DNA of 64,000 bases, taken from a virus. Shown here piece after piece: positions 62,429 through 64,000 of the stretch (its first letter is position 1; the number at the start of each line of letters is the position of its first letter). The stretch is from IMG/VR virus record IMGVR_UViG_3300045988_131485; one strand, 5' to 3'. The translations under genes were made by a program, and so were the position numbers. The notes under the pieces are model-generated. The model did not search any database, was not told the origin of the DNA, and was given only the letters and a program-made list of their open reading frames with translations.

Positions 62429-62971
62429 TTAAGCTGCGAAGTAAGCCTTCAGCATTTTGGCAGCTATCAACTTTTGTTCTTCGGTCAATTCTGCGGTGAC
62501 TGATTCAAGTGTCAGCGGATGCGCCCATTCCTGGAAGCTGTTAAGGTAGAGTGCGGCGTCTTTCTCACTGTTCACATTTTCAAGCTCTACAAGGAACGGT
62601 TTTACAAGTTGGATAATTTCGGATTTGTCCGCCTCGATCAGAAAAACTCTTTCCTTTTCGATGATGGAACGGCGCTTTAATTCGCCGGACTTCCTGCGCT
62701 CCATTTTTTCTACCTGATAACGGAAAACGAATTGCAAAACGGTTTCCTGGCGCTTGACGGCGGCGCGGATGTAGGATTTCATAAATTTTACGGTTCCATC
62801 TTCATGACCTGCAACAGCCTTTGTCATTTCCTTATATGGGAAACGGAATATCTGAAAATACAGACAATTCTTTTCCGCATGGGAATAACGGAGGTTGTGC
62901 GCGTCGGTAATGAGGGGAAGAAATTCCTGCGTCGGTGTTCCTTTCTGGAATGTAGCAATTTTGATCTCCAT
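62429..62971 (-). CDS. Hypothetical protein
   Basis: 180 aa from the ATG at 62971 with a GGAGAAAACGTT spacer. Normal amino-acid composition. Confidence 0.5.
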   Translation of the reverse strand: MEIKIATFQKGTPTQEFLPLITDAHNLRYSHAEKNCLYFQIFRFPYKEMTKAVAGHEDGTVKFMKSYIRAAVKRQETVLQFVFRYQVEKMERRKSGELKRRSIIEKERVFLIEADKSEIIQLVKPFLVELENVNSEKDAALYLNSFQEWAHPLTLESVTAELTEEQKLIAAKMLKAYFAA

Positions 62972-63150
62972 AACGTTTTCTCCTTGTTTTTGGCCTGCGT
63001 CCGTGGTAGAATAGGCAAAGGCGGGTTGATCCCGTGCTTGCCGGTTCATCCTTGGCCGTCAGGCGGGGCGGATGCTGGTATCATCCGCCCTCTTTCTAAT
63101 TCATATTATACACGGTATACCGTGAAAAATCAACTGAAAATTTGTTTTTT

Positions 63151-63186
63151 GGTTAGCATTCACAGAATTTTTTCTGTAATAGTAAT
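63151..63186 (+). promoter_or_regulatory. Promoter-like box GGTTAGCATT...TTTTCTGTAATAGTAATGGGG
   Basis: Immediately upstream of the gene at 63198. Confidence 0.5.
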
Positions 63187-63197
63187 GGGGTGATAAT

Positions 63198-63422
63198 ATG
63201 GCGGTTTCTGATGCTCATAGGCGTGGAAATGCAAAGTGGGATAAAGAAAATATGCGGGTTGTCTCCTGCAAAATTAGATCAGAGGAACACGCTGCGTTCA
63301 AGGCGTATGCAGAGGCCAGGGGTAAGACTATTTCCAGTCTGCTACTGGAATATGTGCGCAGTTGCATTGCGGAGGATATGGAACAGAAGAAAAATATAGA
63401 ACAGAATTGCCCGCCGGACTAA
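63198..63422 (+). CDS. Small RHH/MobC-like DNA-binding protein
   Basis: 74 aa. The KWDKENMRVVSCKIRSEEHAAFKAYAEARGKTISSLLLEYV pattern fits a beta-strand plus two helices. Confidence 0.5.
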   Translation: MAVSDAHRRGNAKWDKENMRVVSCKIRSEEHAAFKAYAEARGKTISSLLLEYVRSCIAEDMEQKKNIEQNCPPD

Positions 63423-63440
63423 CCGGCGGGCGTTTTTTTT
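63409..63440. terminator. Bidirectional rho-independent terminator between convergent genes
   Basis: GCCCGCCGG-ACTAA-CCGGCGGGC followed by T8. The stop codon lies in the loop. Confidence 0.85.
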
Positions 63441-63675
63441 ATAATTGTCTATTTTTTCGTTCTTCGTATTTTTTGAGCGTATCATCTAATCTTTCAAGTT
63501 CTTCTTCCAAAGTACCAACGGTACGGGATGGATATGGAGATTCACCCGGTTTATAGTAGTGGACGGCCTGAGCTGCATATTTGTCCGCTTTTCGTTTCTG
63601 GACTGACTCACGGAGAAGGCTACTAACTAAATATGTGATTGCAAAAGGGGTTGGAACACGGCGAAACAGTCTCAT
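63439..63675 (-). CDS. Hypothetical protein
   Basis: 78-aa ORF with an AGGAGAG SD. Confidence 0.5.
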   Translation of the reverse strand: MRLFRRVPTPFAITYLVSSLLRESVQKRKADKYAAQAVHYYKPGESPYPSRTVGTLEEELERLDDTLKKYEERKNRQL

Positions 63676-63691
63676 AAAAATCTCTCCTATT

Positions 63692-63730
63692 GGTTAGCAA
63701 AACTTGTTTTCTTTCTGTAATTATATCAAG
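63692..63730 (+). promoter_or_regulatory. Promoter-like box GGTTAGCAAAACTTGTTTTCTTTCTGTAATTATATC
   Basis: About 40 nt upstream of the ATG at 63770. Confidence 0.5.
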
Positions 63731-63769
63731 AGTTAATAAATTTTCAATCATTGGAACGGAGGAAAGCAA

Positions 63770-64000
63770 ATGGATATTCAGGAAATCAACCAGAGTTCGC
63801 CGGAGTTCCTGTATCAGATGCTGGGACGGCTGGAAGCGGATTGTCTGTATTATCTGGGGAACGGTGGGCGCTTTGCGGGCCATCTCTGGGTGGGCAACGA
63901 GCGCAAGCAGATCAAACTGATGCGGATGATTTACCGCCGCTTGTGTGAGATTGGAGCCGCGCCGGAATGGATGAGCGAGCAGCAGATCAACGACTTTGCG
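63770..64000 (+). CDS. Hypothetical protein, 5' part only (runs off the window)
   Basis: ATG with GGAACGGAGGAAAG upstream. Hand translation MDIQEINQSSPEFLYQMLGRLEADCLYYLGNGGRFAGHLWVGNERKQIKLMRMIYRRL... stays open to the end of the window. Confidence 0.5.
   Translation, partial: MDIQEINQSSPEFLYQMLGRLEADCLYYLGNGGRFAGHLWVGNERKQIKLMRMIYRRLCEIGAAPEWMSEQQINDFA

Larger units (their letters stand above)
1..64000. mobile_element. Segment of a temperate siphovirus-type phage/prophage; element boundaries not visible in this window
   Basis: Colinear terminase-portal-scaffold-capsid-connector-tail-tape measure-Dit-Tal-fibre-lysis order on the minus strand. Two tyrosine recombinases. The same regulatory boxes occur on both arms. 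Confidence 0.85.

Noticed and set aside
1-64000. CRISPR array, rRNA genes or transposase/IS elements
   Set aside because: No regularly spaced direct repeats with unique spacers were seen, no rRNA-like conserved blocks, and no DDE or IS-type ORFs. The recurring boxes are single copies at gene-block starts.

Overview
The window reads as about 60 kb of a temperate siphovirus-type phage or prophage. Firmicutes/Clostridia-like signals are present: GGAGG-type SD sites, frequent GTG/TTG starts and ATGA/TAATG gene coupling. Almost all genes lie on the minus strand.

Reading right to left:
- Divergent control region (about 59.9-60.9 kb) with a small tyrosine recombinase.
- Early region (58.7-48.8 kb) with an HNH nuclease, an Ogg-like glycosylase, an SF2-like ATPase, a 940-aa YonO/two-barrel-RNAP-like protein, a metallophosphoesterase and HU.
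- A 4.6-kb RNA island (48.7-44.1 kb) with 23 tRNA genes and a tmRNA.
- Packaging and head genes (44.0-35.7 kb).
- Tail genes (35.7-11.2 kb), including a 2722-aa tape measure and an inserted RuvC-ClpP-PhoH block.
- A complete diversity-generating retroelement (11.2-6.6 kb). TR and VR are aligned by hand below; all 9 mismatches fall on template adenines.
- Accessory genes, a second tyrosine integrase and a dual-endolysin/holin lysis cassette (6.5-0.37 kb).

Right of 60.9 kb, a plus-strand arm shares the same regulatory boxes, so it is probably the same element.

Signals not explained by ordinary annotation:
- A 10-nt-core box (AGCAACAAAG) found 8 times, always intergenic, often 14-16 nt before start codons.
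- A second promoter-like family, with two copies pointing antisense.
- A 387-nt structured non-coding gap inside the tRNA island.
- A roughly 600-bp GC-rich, adenine-depleted, G4-prone non-coding island between divergent promoters.

No rRNA and no CRISPR array were seen. All protein calls rest on motif recognition by eye; no database search was run.
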